The notes beneath the pieces were generated by a model. It saw nothing but the letters and a program-made list of their open reading frames with translations. It did no database searches and was not told where the DNA came from. Positions 34,654 to 43,821 of a DNA stretch of 64,000 bases are shown here, piece after piece; the first letter of the stretch is position 1, and the number at the start of each line of letters is the position of its first letter. This DNA comes from an uncultured Solirubrobacterales bacterium (GTDB lineage Bacteria > Actinomycetota > Thermoleophilia > Solirubrobacterales > 70-9), in NCBI GenBank assembly GCA_963762325.1, contig CAVXKQ010000002.1, forward strand, positions 39,979 to 103,978, in the 5' to 3' direction. The translations under genes and the position numbers were made by a program.

Positions 34654-36076
34654 ATGGCCACGTCGCAGGCCCCAGCGAGCACCGAGCATCTGCAGGGACT
34701 TGCGCAGCGACATCTCTGGATGCATTTCTCGCGGATGGGCGCCTACGGGCCCGACCACGAGATCCCGATCATCACCCGCGCCGAGGGCTGCTACGTCTAC
34801 GACGAGCACGGCAACCGCTACCTCGACGGCCTTTCCGGCCTCTTCTGCGTCAACGCCGGCCACGGCCGCAGCGAGTACGGCGAGGCCGCCGCCCGCCAGA
34901 TCGAAGAGCTCGACTTCTACACGCTCTGGAGCTACGCCCATCCCGCGCGCGATCGAGCTGGCGGCCCGGATCGCCGCGCTCGCCCCCGGCGACCTCAACC
35001 GCGTCTTCTTCACCTCCGGCGGCTCCGAGGCGGTGGAGTCGGCGCTGAAGCTCGCCCGCAACTTCCACCGCATGCACGGCAAAGGGCAGAAGCACAAGAC
35101 GATCGCCCGCGAGGTCGCCTACCACGGCACCTCTCTGGGAGCCCTCTCGGCCACCGGGATCACCGAGCTGCGCAGCCAGTTCGAGCCGCTGGCGCCGGGC
35201 GGCTGCCACGTTCCCAACACCAACGTCTACCGCTGGCCCGAGGACCGCGAGCCGACCTGGGCCGCCGACGCGATCGAGGAGCGGATCGTCTTCGAGGGCC
35301 CCGAGACCGTCGCCGCCGTGATCCTCGAGCCGGTCCAGAACGCCGGCGGCTGCTTCGTCCCGCCCGACGGCTACTTCCAGCAGGTGCGCGAGATCTGCGA
35401 CCGCCACGACGTGCTGATGATCTCCGACGAGGTGATCTGCGCCTGGGGCCGGCTCGGCCACTACTTCGGCTGCGAACGCTTCGGCTACGTCCCCGACCTG
35501 ATCACCGTCGCCAAGGGCCTGACCTCGGCCTACGCGCCAATGGGCGGATTGATCGTCTCCGACCGGGTCGCCGAGCCGTTCATGGAGGGCGATGCCTCCT
35601 TCGCCCACGGCTTCACCTTCGCCGGCCACCCGATCGCCGCCGCCATCGCGATGGCCAACCTCGACGTCTACGAGCGCGAGGACCTCTGCGGCCATGTGCG
35701 CGCCAAGGAGGGCGAGTTCCGGCAGATGCTGGAGAGCCTGCGCGACCTGCCGATCGTCGGCGACGTGCGCGGCGCCGGCTACTTCCACGCGGTCGAGCTG
35801 GTCAAAGACAAGGAGACCAAGGAGAGCTTCGACGACGAGGAGTCCGAGCGGCTGCTGCGCGGCTTCCTCTCCGGCGAGCTCTACAAACGCGGGCTGATCT
35901 GCCGCGCCGACGACCGCGGCGACCCGGTGGTGCAGCTGGCACCGCCGCTGATCGCGGACACCGAGCAGTTCGAAGAAATCCACGACGTACTCCGCGGTGT
36001 GCTCACCGAGGCCTGGGACCAGGTCGTCCGCGACACCTCCGCAGGACCGCCTCGCTCGCCGCTTCGACGGAGGTAG
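34654..36076 (+). pseudogene. class-III (omega) aminotransferase, split by a 1-nt frame disruption near 34941-34950
   Basis: The N-terminus is ..HLWMHFSRMG..GLFCVNAGHGR..LWSYAHP in frame 1. It continues RAIELAARIAALAPGDLNRVFFTSGGSEAVE..DEVICAWGRLG..TVAKGLTS in frame 2. Confidence 0.7.
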
Positions 36077-36085
36077 GGAGCGCCA

Positions 36086-37642
36086 GTGCTCACCGTCCAG
36101 AGCCTGCTCGACGAGCTCGGCCTCGACCTCGCGGCGGGCGCCGAGGGGGTCGCCGCGCCGGTCCGCTGGGTTCACATCTCCGAGCTCGAGGACCCGACCC
36201 CGTGGCTCTCCGGCGGCGAGCTGATGCTGACCACCGGGATCCCGCTCGGGACCGCCGCCAAACAGCGTTCCTTCGTCCGCCTGCTCGCCGACAGCAACCT
36301 CGCCGGGCTCGGCTTCGGCACCGGCTTCAGCCATCGCAAACTGCCGAAAGCGCTGGTCGACGAGGCCGAGAAGCGCGACTTCCCGCTCTTCGAGGTCCCC
36401 TACTCGACCCCGTTCATCGCGATCACCGAGAAGGCCTTCGCGAAACTCGTCAACGAGCAGTACGAGGTGCTGCAGCGCGGCATCGCCGTGCAGCGGCGGC
36501 TGGAGCGGCTGGTCCTGGAGGAGCGCGGGCTGGAGGAAATCGCGGCGACGATCGCCTCCGCCGTCGGCGGCACCGTCGCCGTCCTCGACGGTCGCGGCGA
36601 GCGCCTCGCCGGGCGCGGCTTCCGCCGCCAGCTGTCCGCCGACGCGATCGGGGCGATCCGCAAAGAGGCACTGACCCACGCCGGCGACGGCCATCCATTC
36701 GTTCCCTCCCACCCCTCGGTGGCCGGACGGGCCCTGGCCCATCCCGTGATCTCACCGGGGGGTGGGCCACCCCAGGCCTGGGTGGTGATCGTCCGCGACT
36801 CCGGCGGGCTCGGCGACTTCGAGCGCCTGATCCTGCAGCAGGCCGTCGCCGTCGTTGCCCTCGAGCTGATGCGCCGCCGCGTCGCCCGCGAGACCGAGCG
36901 CCGCCTCGCCGGCGACGTCCTCGCCGGCGCCCTCGGCGGGCGCATGGAGGCGACCGAGCTGCGCCGGCGGCTGGAGCCGTTTGGGATCGGCGACGAGGCG
37001 GCGGTGCTGGTCTTCTCGCTTGAGCATCCCGCCACCGCGGTCGGGGCGCTCGAACGGGCGCTCGCCGCCGATGCCTGCCCGGCCGTCGTCGCCCCTCACT
37101 CGATCGGCGGCCGCGAGCTGCTCTGCGCCGTCGTCGACGCCGCCGACCGCGACCCGATCGACGTCGCCGCCGACGCCCGCAAGGCGCTCAGCCCCGAACG
37201 CCGCGGCGTCCGGGTGGCGGCCAGCCGCCCCGCGCCCCCCGACCGCCTGCGCCACTCCTTCCACGAGGCCCGCTGCGCTCTCGAGGCGACCTCCTTCAAC
37301 AACGGCCGCACGCCCGAAGTCGCCTCCTGGCGCGATCTCGGCGCCTTCACCCTGCTGCTCTCGATCCAGGACGACGAGGCGCTCAGCCTCTACTGCGACA
37401 GCGTGCTCGGGCCGATCGAGCAGGGCGACGAGGAGTACGGCGGGGAGCTGCTGCGCTCGCTCGAGGCCTTCATCGAGCAGAACGGGCAGTGGGAGAAGGC
37501 CGCTCGCGAGGTCTACTGTCACCGCCACACGCTGCGCTACCGGATGCGCAAGGTCGAGGAGCTGACCGGTCGCGACCTCTCGCGCGCCCACGACCGGATC
37601 GAGTTCTGGCTGGCGCTGCGGGCCCGGGAGCTGGCGGCATGA
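36086..37642 (+). CDS. PucR-family transcriptional regulator
   Basis: The N-terminal VRWVHISELEDPTPWLSGGELMLTTG is a PucR/PurC-like domain. The C-terminal AAREVYCHRHTLRYRMRKVEELTGRDL is the HTH. Confidence 0.8.
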   Translation: MLTVQSLLDELGLDLAAGAEGVAAPVRWVHISELEDPTPWLSGGELMLTTGIPLGTAAKQRSFVRLLADSNLAGLGFGTGFSHRKLPKALVDEAEKRDFPLFEVPYSTPFIAITEKAFAKLVNEQYEVLQRGIAVQRRLERLVLEERGLEEIAATIASAVGGTVAVLDGRGERLAGRGFRRQLSADAIGAIRKEALTHAGDGHPFVPSHPSVAGRALAHPVISPGGGPPQAWVVIVRDSGGLGDFERLILQQAVAVVALELMRRRVARETERRLAGDVLAGALGGRMEATELRRRLEPFGIGDEAAVLVFSLEHPATAVGALERALAADACPAVVAPHSIGGRELLCAVVDAADRDPIDVAADARKALSPERRGVRVAASRPAPPDRLRHSFHEARCALEATSFNNGRTPEVASWRDLGAFTLLLSIQDDEALSLYCDSVLGPIEQGDEEYGGELLRSLEAFIEQNGQWEKAAREVYCHRHTLRYRMRKVEELTGRDLSRAHDRIEFWLALRARELAA

Positions 37643-38796
37643 GGATCGGCGTTCCGACCGAGATCAAGCCGGACGAGTACCGGGTGGCGGTGACGCCGGC
37701 CGGCGTACGCGAACTGACCGAGCACGGGCACGAGGTCCTGATCGAGGCCGGCGCCGGAACCGGCAGCGCCATCGCCGATGAGGAGTTCGCGGTGCAGGGG
37801 GCGGAGATCGTCGCCGACGCCGAGACCGTCTTCGAGCGGGCCGAGATGATCCTCCACGTCAAGGAGCTGCAGCCGCCGGAGATCGAGCTGCTGCGCCCGG
37901 ACCAGCTGCTCTTCACCTACCTGCACCTTGCGCCGGACCCGGAGCAGACCAGTGCCCTCTGCCGGTCCGGCGCCACCTGCATCGCCTACGAGACCGTCGA
38001 GGACGGCCGCGGGCGGCTGCCGCTGCTCGCGCCAATGAGCGAGATCGCCGGCAAGATCGCCACCCAGGCGGGCGCCTTCATGCTCGAGAAGCCGCTTGGC
38101 GGCCGCGGCATCCTGCTCGGCGGCGTGCCCGGCGTCGCCGCCGCCAACGTGATGGTCATCGGCGGCGGCGTGGTCGGGATGAACGCGGCCTTCATCGCGA
38201 TCGGGATGGAGGCCGACGTCTTCGTCTTCGATCGCTCGATCGACCGCCTGCGCGAGCTCGACGTCACCTTCGGCGGCCGCTGCTCGACGGTCTACTCGAC
38301 GACGCTGGCGGTCGAGGAGATGCTGCCGCGGGCGGACCTCGTGATCGGCGCCGTCCTCGTTCACGGCGCCCGCGCCCCCTACGTGGTGCGGCGCGAGCAG
38401 CTGGCGCTGATGAAGCCTGGCTCGGTCCTGGTCGACGTCGCGATCGACCAGGGCGGCTGCTTCGAGACCTCGCGGCCGACCACCCATCGCGACCCCACCT
38501 TCGAGGTCGACGGGATCACCCACTACTGCGTCGCCAACATGCCCGGCGCGGTCCCGATTACCTCCACCCATGCCCTCACCAACGCGACGTTGCCCTACGC
38601 AATCGCGCTCGCCGACCACGGCGTCGCCGAGGCGATCCGGTGCGACCCCGGCCTTCGCCCTGGCGTCAACGTAGCCGCCGGCAAGGTCACGCATCCCGCG
38701 GTGGCCGAGGGGGTAGGCATGGAGTACGAGCCGGTCGAGGAGGCCCTGGGCCTTGAGCGATCCTTGAACCCAGCATCCACGGGAGGAACCGAATGA
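37639..38796 (+). CDS. ald: alanine dehydrogenase
   Basis: MRIGVPTEIKPDEYRVAVTPAGV..., VMVIGGGVVGMNAA..., VDVAIDQGGCFETSRPTTH. Its ATG overlaps the pucR stop (ATGA). Confidence 0.9.
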   Translation: MRIGVPTEIKPDEYRVAVTPAGVRELTEHGHEVLIEAGAGTGSAIADEEFAVQGAEIVADAETVFERAEMILHVKELQPPEIELLRPDQLLFTYLHLAPDPEQTSALCRSGATCIAYETVEDGRGRLPLLAPMSEIAGKIATQAGAFMLEKPLGGRGILLGGVPGVAAANVMVIGGGVVGMNAAFIAIGMEADVFVFDRSIDRLRELDVTFGGRCSTVYSTTLAVEEMLPRADLVIGAVLVHGARAPYVVRREQLALMKPGSVLVDVAIDQGGCFETSRPTTHRDPTFEVDGITHYCVANMPGAVPITSTHALTNATLPYAIALADHGVAEAIRCDPGLRPGVNVAAGKVTHPAVAEGVGMEYEPVEEALGLERSLNPASTGGTE

Positions 38797-40160
38797 GCGC
38801 TTACGCCGTAGTCAACCCAGCCACCGGCGAGACCCTGAAGGAGTACCCGCAAATCAGCGACGACGAGTTGCGCGCCGCGATCGAGCGGGCTGGGGAGGCG
38901 TCTCGAACCTGGCCGAGCTCCTCCACCGTCGCGGAGCGCGCCGCGCTGGTGCGCAAGGTCGGCGAGCTGCATTCCGAGCGCCGCCAGCAGCTGGCCGAGA
39001 TCATCGTCCGCGAGATGGGCAAGCCGATCGAGCAGGCGCTGATGGAGGTTGACTTCGCGGGCGAAATCTACGGCTTCTACGCCGACAACGCCGAGAATCT
39101 GATGGCCGACGAGCCGATCGAGCTGCTCGACGGCGAGGGCACGGCAGTGGTCCGTCGCAGCCCCTTCGGGACCCTGCTCGGGATCATGCCCTGGAACTTT
39201 CCTTACTACCAAGTCGCTCGTTTCGCCGGGCCGAACCTGGTGATCGGCAACACGATCCTGCTCAAGCACGCTCCGCAGTGCCCGGAATCGGCCGAGGCGA
39301 TGCAGCGGATCTTCGCCGACGCCGGCTTCCCCGAGGGCGTCTACCAGAACATCTACGCGGGCAACGAGCAGATTGAGTGGGTGATCGCCGATCCGCGCGT
39401 GCACGGCGTCTCGGTCACCGGCTCCGAGCGCGCGGGCGCCGCCGTTGCCGCGATCGCCGGGCGCAACCTGAAGAAGGTCGTGCTCGAGCTCGGCGGTTCG
39501 GACCCCTTCATCCTGCTCGGCACCGAGGACCTCGACGGCGCCGCCGAGGCCGCGGCCGAAGCGCGGCTCGACAACACCGGCCAGTCCTGCAACGCGGCCA
39601 AGCGCTTCATCGTCGCCGACGATCTCTACGACGATTTCCTCGAGAAGTTCCGCGAGCGGTTCGCCGCGTCGAAGCCGGGCGACCCGACCGCCGAGGACAC
39701 CGAGGTCGGCCCTCTCTCCTCGGCGACGGCGGCCGACCGGCTCGAGGATCAGGTCAAGCGGGCGGTCGAGAACGGCGCCGAGGTGGTCGTCGGCGGCAAG
39801 CGCGACGGCAACTACTTCGAACCGACGATCCTCACCGGGATCGAGCCTGGCGACGAGGCGTCCCAGGAAGAGTTCTTCGGGCCGGTCGCGCAGGTCTACC
39901 GGGTCGGCTCCGAGGAGGAGGCGGTCGATCTCGCCAACCAGACCCCGTTCGGGCTCGGCTCGTACCTGATGACCACCGACGAGGAGCAGGCCAGTCGGGT
40001 CGCCGACAAGATCGAAGCGGGAATGGTCTATGTGAACCTGGTCGGCGCCGACAGCCCTGAGCTCCCCTTCGGCGGGTTCAAGCGCTCTGGCTTCGGCCGC
40101 GAGCTCGGCCGCTACGGCGCCGACGAGTTCGTCAACAAGAAGCTGATCCGCCGCGCCTGA
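38793..40160 (+). CDS. NAD(P)-dependent aldehyde dehydrogenase (succinate-semialdehyde dehydrogenase-like)
   Basis: LELGGSDPF, catalytic Cys region GQSCNAAKRF, and EEFFGPV. Its ATG overlaps the ald stop (ATGA). Confidence 0.85.
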   Translation: MSAYAVVNPATGETLKEYPQISDDELRAAIERAGEASRTWPSSSTVAERAALVRKVGELHSERRQQLAEIIVREMGKPIEQALMEVDFAGEIYGFYADNAENLMADEPIELLDGEGTAVVRRSPFGTLLGIMPWNFPYYQVARFAGPNLVIGNTILLKHAPQCPESAEAMQRIFADAGFPEGVYQNIYAGNEQIEWVIADPRVHGVSVTGSERAGAAVAAIAGRNLKKVVLELGGSDPFILLGTEDLDGAAEAAAEARLDNTGQSCNAAKRFIVADDLYDDFLEKFRERFAASKPGDPTAEDTEVGPLSSATAADRLEDQVKRAVENGAEVVVGGKRDGNYFEPTILTGIEPGDEASQEEFFGPVAQVYRVGSEEEAVDLANQTPFGLGSYLMTTDEEQASRVADKIEAGMVYVNLVGADSPELPFGGFKRSGFGRELGRYGADEFVNKKLIRRA

Positions 40161-40179
40161 CGGCTACGATTCGGCCCAC

Positions 40180-41940
40180 GTGAGCTCGTTCAGGGGGGTC
40201 ATCGCTTTAGCGCTGCTGGCGCTTGCCGCATTCGCGGTGAGCGCTGTCGCGGCGACGACCAACGCCACGATCGAAACGCCGATCTGCCACGGGCGGCAGG
40301 CGAAGATCCTGGGGACGGATGGGAACGACGTGATTCAGGGGACGCCGGGACGGGACGTGATCTGGGCTGGTAGGGGGGACGACACGATTTACGGGAGCCT
40401 TGGGAACGACCTTCTCTGTGGCGGCCCCGGGTCCGATCTGATCCACGGCGGCCGTGGGAATGACGAGGTCGACGGTGGCGCCGGCGACGCCGACCGGGCG
40501 ATCGGGGACCTCGGCGACGACAAGGTGCTGGGCGGCGCCGGCGCCGGCGACGAGGCCGCGGGAGATCTCGGCATCGACATCGTCAACGGCGGCGCCGGCA
40601 ACGAAGACCTGGTCCACGGCGACTACGGCTGGGACCGGATGTCGGGCGGCGCCGGCAAGGGGGACATCGCCTCCTTCGCGACCGACGTCGCCGGCGGCAA
40701 GGGCGACGGTGTCTGGGCCTCGCTGGCCCGCCACCGGGCGCTCGGCGACGGCCACGACAAGCTGTTCGGGTTCGAGAGCATCGAAGGCTCGGCCTTTCGC
40801 GACACGCTGATCGGCAGCAAGCAGGGCAACGTCATCGACGGCGGGCCCGGCGACGACCACCTGATCGGCGGCGGCGGGCCGGACCGCCTCGACGGCGGTC
40901 AGGGCAGCGACGGCTGCACCGGCGCCAAGGGCCGCACCGTCTCCTGCGGCAAGGAAAAGGCGCCGCGGGGCTCGGCCTACGTCCAGCTCGACCCGACCCC
41001 CGGCGGCGGCGCCGGCCTCGAGATCGTCGGCGGCGGCGGCCCGGACAACTTCCACGTCGCCTTCGACGAGGCCACGACCACCTACCGGGTCGCGGCGACG
41101 GGTCCGCTGGCGGTGGGGCCGGGCTGCGTCTTCGCGCCGCCGGCGGAGAGCCTTCGCGTCCGCAGCAACACCAGGATCTCCTGCCCCGCGGCCGGCCCCG
41201 GGCGTTGGCTGATGGCCGACCTAGGTCCCGGCAACGACAAGCTCCGGGTCGAAGGCTCGCTGCTCGCCGTCGGCAGCGTCCGCTTCGCCGGCAACCTCGG
41301 CAACGACGAGATCCATGCCGGGCCCGAGGACGACCTGATCGAGGCGGGCCCCGGCGCCGACAAGCTCTACGGCGGCGACGGCGCTGACGGCCTGGTCGGC
41401 GGCCTGCCCGGCCCGACCTTCCTCTACGGCGAGGGCAACGGCGACCTACTGGCGGCCGGCGGCGGCTGCGCCGGCGGCGCCCTGGTCGGCGGCCCCGGCC
41501 GCGACGACGCCTCCTTCGCGGAGACGCAGGCGCACCCGGGCCTGCTGATCGTCTCCTTCCCCAAGCACAGCGCCTGGATCGACGAGGTCAAGGGCTGCCG
41601 CCGCGTCCACCTCTCGCGCACGAACGAGGACATGGAGGGCTCCTTCGACTGGGACGTCCTGATCGGCGACGGCCGCGCCAACAGCATGCTCGGCCAGCCC
41701 GGCGCGGACGTCTTCATCGGCAACGGCGGCGACGACGTGATCGACGCCCGCGACGGCGTCCGCGATTTCTCGATCCAGTGCGGCCGCGGCCGTCCGCCGA
41801 GGAAGAAGCCGAACGGCATGGGTATGACGAAGCCGACCGGCAAGTCGGCCGGCCGCGCCCTCACCGACTCCTTCGACCCGGAGCCGTTCAACTGCACGGT
41901 CACCAAACACGGCACTCCCGTCCCCGGCCTCAACGGCTAA
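40180..41940 (+). CDS. secreted calcium-binding (RTX-like GGxGxD repeat) protein
   Basis: Signal peptide VIALALLALAAFAVSAVAA, followed by many nonapeptide-like repeats (GGPGSDLIHGGRGNDEVDGGAGDAD...). Confidence 0.7.
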   Translation: MSSFRGVIALALLALAAFAVSAVAATTNATIETPICHGRQAKILGTDGNDVIQGTPGRDVIWAGRGDDTIYGSLGNDLLCGGPGSDLIHGGRGNDEVDGGAGDADRAIGDLGDDKVLGGAGAGDEAAGDLGIDIVNGGAGNEDLVHGDYGWDRMSGGAGKGDIASFATDVAGGKGDGVWASLARHRALGDGHDKLFGFESIEGSAFRDTLIGSKQGNVIDGGPGDDHLIGGGGPDRLDGGQGSDGCTGAKGRTVSCGKEKAPRGSAYVQLDPTPGGGAGLEIVGGGGPDNFHVAFDEATTTYRVAATGPLAVGPGCVFAPPAESLRVRSNTRISCPAAGPGRWLMADLGPGNDKLRVEGSLLAVGSVRFAGNLGNDEIHAGPEDDLIEAGPGADKLYGGDGADGLVGGLPGPTFLYGEGNGDLLAAGGGCAGGALVGGPGRDDASFAETQAHPGLLIVSFPKHSAWIDEVKGCRRVHLSRTNEDMEGSFDWDVLIGDGRANSMLGQPGADVFIGNGGDDVIDARDGVRDFSIQCGRGRPPRKKPNGMGMTKPTGKSAGRALTDSFDPEPFNCTVTKHGTPVPGLNG

Positions 41941-41996
41941 CCCAGCAAGAGCACAAGCCCGCCAGTACCCCCGCATCGGGGGGAGAACCCGAGCCC

Positions 41997-42038
41997 GGTT
42001 GTCACTTGTCGCCCTGTGGGCGACGAAAAGCAACAACC
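41997..42038. repeat. REP-like palindromic element, copy 3
   Basis: GGTTGTCACTTGTCGCCC-TGT-GGGCGACGAAAAGCAACAACC. It contains the GTG (42016) used as the DUF559 ORF start. Confidence 0.75.
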
Positions 42039-42935
42039 CCTGCGGCATAGACCGCTTTTCGAACTGGCGACGGCCCAGCACGGCGTCGTCTCGACTCGAC
42101 AGCTGGCCGGGATCGGCTACACGCGAAGTTCGGCATCGAAGGCGCACGGGGTTGGCAGGCTGCGGCGGGTGCACCGGGGCATCTACGCGGTCGGTCACGA
42201 GCTACTCACTTGGGAGGGACGGTGTCTCGCGGCGGTGCTCGCCTGCTCGCCGTCGGTGGCGAGCCACGTCACCGCTGCCTGGATTTGGGGCCTCCTCAGA
42301 ACCCGTCCGAGCACTATTCATCTGACTGCGCCCACCAAGCGGCGGTCCAGGCTGGGGTTCGTCGTCCACAGTGCCGACATGGCGGAGACCGACATGGCGG
42401 AACGCGATGGAATCCCGCTCACTTCTCTGCCCCGGACGTTCCTGGACCTCGCATCGACGTTGCCGGAGGAACGGCTTCGGCAGGCACTGAGACGCGCGGA
42501 AGAGTTGGGAATCCTCGATCTAGGGCCGATCGACGCGTTGCTCAGACGCTCGGTCGGGCACCGGGGCGCCCCAAGATTGCGCGCCGCCCTCAACATCTAT
42601 CGCGAGGACCCGGCCTTTGTTCGCTCCAAGCTCGAGGGCCGTTTCCTCCGACTCGTAAAAGAGGCTGGCCTGTCTCGGCCCTCGATGAACTTCGTCGTCG
42701 ACGGCTTCGAGCTCGATGCCTACTGGGAGCGGGAGCGGTTCGTGGTTGAACTCGATGTTTACGAGACCCACGGCACTCGCGATGCCTTCGAGCGCGACCG
42801 CCTGCGCCAGGACGACCTGCTCCTGATCGGGTGGAGATGATCCGAGTTACCGGCCCGCGGCTGGACCGGGAACCAGCCGCCACCATCGACCGGGTCGCGG
42901 CTCACCTCCAGCGCCGTCGCCGCGAGCTCACCTGA
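42016..42935 (+). pseudogene. DUF559 / AbiEi-N-like (Vsr-endonuclease-fold) protein with a 1-nt frame disruption near 42829-42836
   Basis: ..LATAQHGVVSTRQL..RVHRGIYAV.. and ..VVELDVYETHGTRDAFERDRLRQDDLLLIGW. The natural tail (E)MIRVTGPRLDREPAATIDRVAAHLQRRRRELT* is in the next frame and ends at 42935. Confidence 0.6.
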
Positions 42936-42943
42936 GCCACGGA

Positions 42944-42982
42944 GGTTGTCGTTTGTCGCCCTCTGGGCGACAAGTAGCAACC
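42944..42982. repeat. REP-like palindromic element, copy 4 (loop inverted relative to copies 1 and 2)
   Basis: GGTTGTCGTTTGTCGCCC-TCT-GGGCGACAAGTAGCAACC. Confidence 0.8.
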
Positions 42983-43007
42983 GGGGCGCTTGAACTAGGC
43001 TTGATCC

Positions 43008-43205
43008 GTGGGCCGCAAGACCGCAAGTGGAGACGAGGCTGCTGCCGTCGCGGCGGCGATCGGGCGGTTCGAGGCAGAGGCCGGTGCCGCCCCCGCGGAG
43101 GCGCCGGCAGCGGAAAACCGCTGGCAGCGGGCGGCGCTGATCGAGGGGGTCGGCGCCAAGCAGACCATGCAGGATCTAGAGAGAGGATCAAAATGGCTGT
43201 CGTGA
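43008..43205 (+). CDS. small Ala-rich ORF upstream of dodecin (hypothetical)
   Basis: 65 aa from a GTG start. It overlaps the dodecin start by 13 nt. No family recognised, and it may be non-coding. Confidence 0.25.
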   Translation: MGRKTASGDEAAAVAAAIGRFEAEAGAAPAEAPAAENRWQRAALIEGVGAKQTMQDLERGSKWLS

Positions 43206-43402
43206 AAATCATCGAGCTGGTCGGCAGCTCGAAGACGTCCACCGACGATGCGGCGAAACAGGCCTTGAGCCAGGCGCAGGGCACCCTGCGCAACATCCGC
43301 GCCGTCGACATCGTCTCGACCGGGATCCGCGGTGAGAATCTCGACGAGTACCGCGCCCACGTGCGGGTCGCCTTCCTGATCGAGGGGACGGACATCGACT
43401 GA
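43193..43402 (+). CDS. dodecin family flavin-binding protein
   Basis: MAVVKIIELVGSSKTSTDDAAKQALSQAQGTLRNIRAVDIV...HVRVAFLIEG fits the dodecin pattern. An SD-like GAGAGGA lies 6 nt upstream. Confidence 0.75.
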   Translation: MAVVKIIELVGSSKTSTDDAAKQALSQAQGTLRNIRAVDIVSTGIRGENLDEYRAHVRVAFLIEGTDID

Positions 43403-43791
43403 TGAGCGACGAGACGGGGAAGGAGATCTCGCGCGAGGAGGCCCGCAAGCTGATCGACGAGGGCGCCCAGCTGGTCGACGTGCGCGCCGACCACGAGTGG
43501 GAGGCGGGGCGGATCGCCGGCGCCGTCCACCTGCCGCTCGACGAGCTGCCCCAGCGCAGCGGCGAGATCGACAGGGACCGCCCGGTGCTGCTCTATTGCC
43601 GTGGCGGCAACCGCTCGACGATGGCCGCGGCGGCCCTGGCCGACGCCGGCTACGACGCCTCGAAGCTGAGCGAGGGGATCGTCGGCTGGGCCGATGCCGG
43701 CCTGCCGCTCGCTCCCGACGACGGTTACGTGGCCGAGTCGGGCGAGGCCGCAGCCGTCCTGCAGGCGCGGAAACGGGCTGCTCAGCACTAA
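43402..43791 (+). CDS. rhodanese-domain sulfurtransferase
   Basis: LVDVRADHEWEAGRIAGAVHLPL and the active-site loop YCRGGNRS. Its ATG overlaps the dodecin stop (TGATG). Confidence 0.85.
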   Translation: MSDETGKEISREEARKLIDEGAQLVDVRADHEWEAGRIAGAVHLPLDELPQRSGEIDRDRPVLLYCRGGNRSTMAAAALADAGYDASKLSEGIVGWADAGLPLAPDDGYVAESGEAAAVLQARKRAAQH

Positions 43792-43821
43792 ATACCTGAA
43801 TCCCTGTCAGGTTTTGCTATT

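Noticed and set aside
40180-41940. An RTX toxin with a type I secretion system.
   Set aside because: The protein has an N-terminal Sec-type signal peptide. No T1SS ABC, MFP or TolC genes are adjacent. Only the calcium-binding repeat annotation is supportable.
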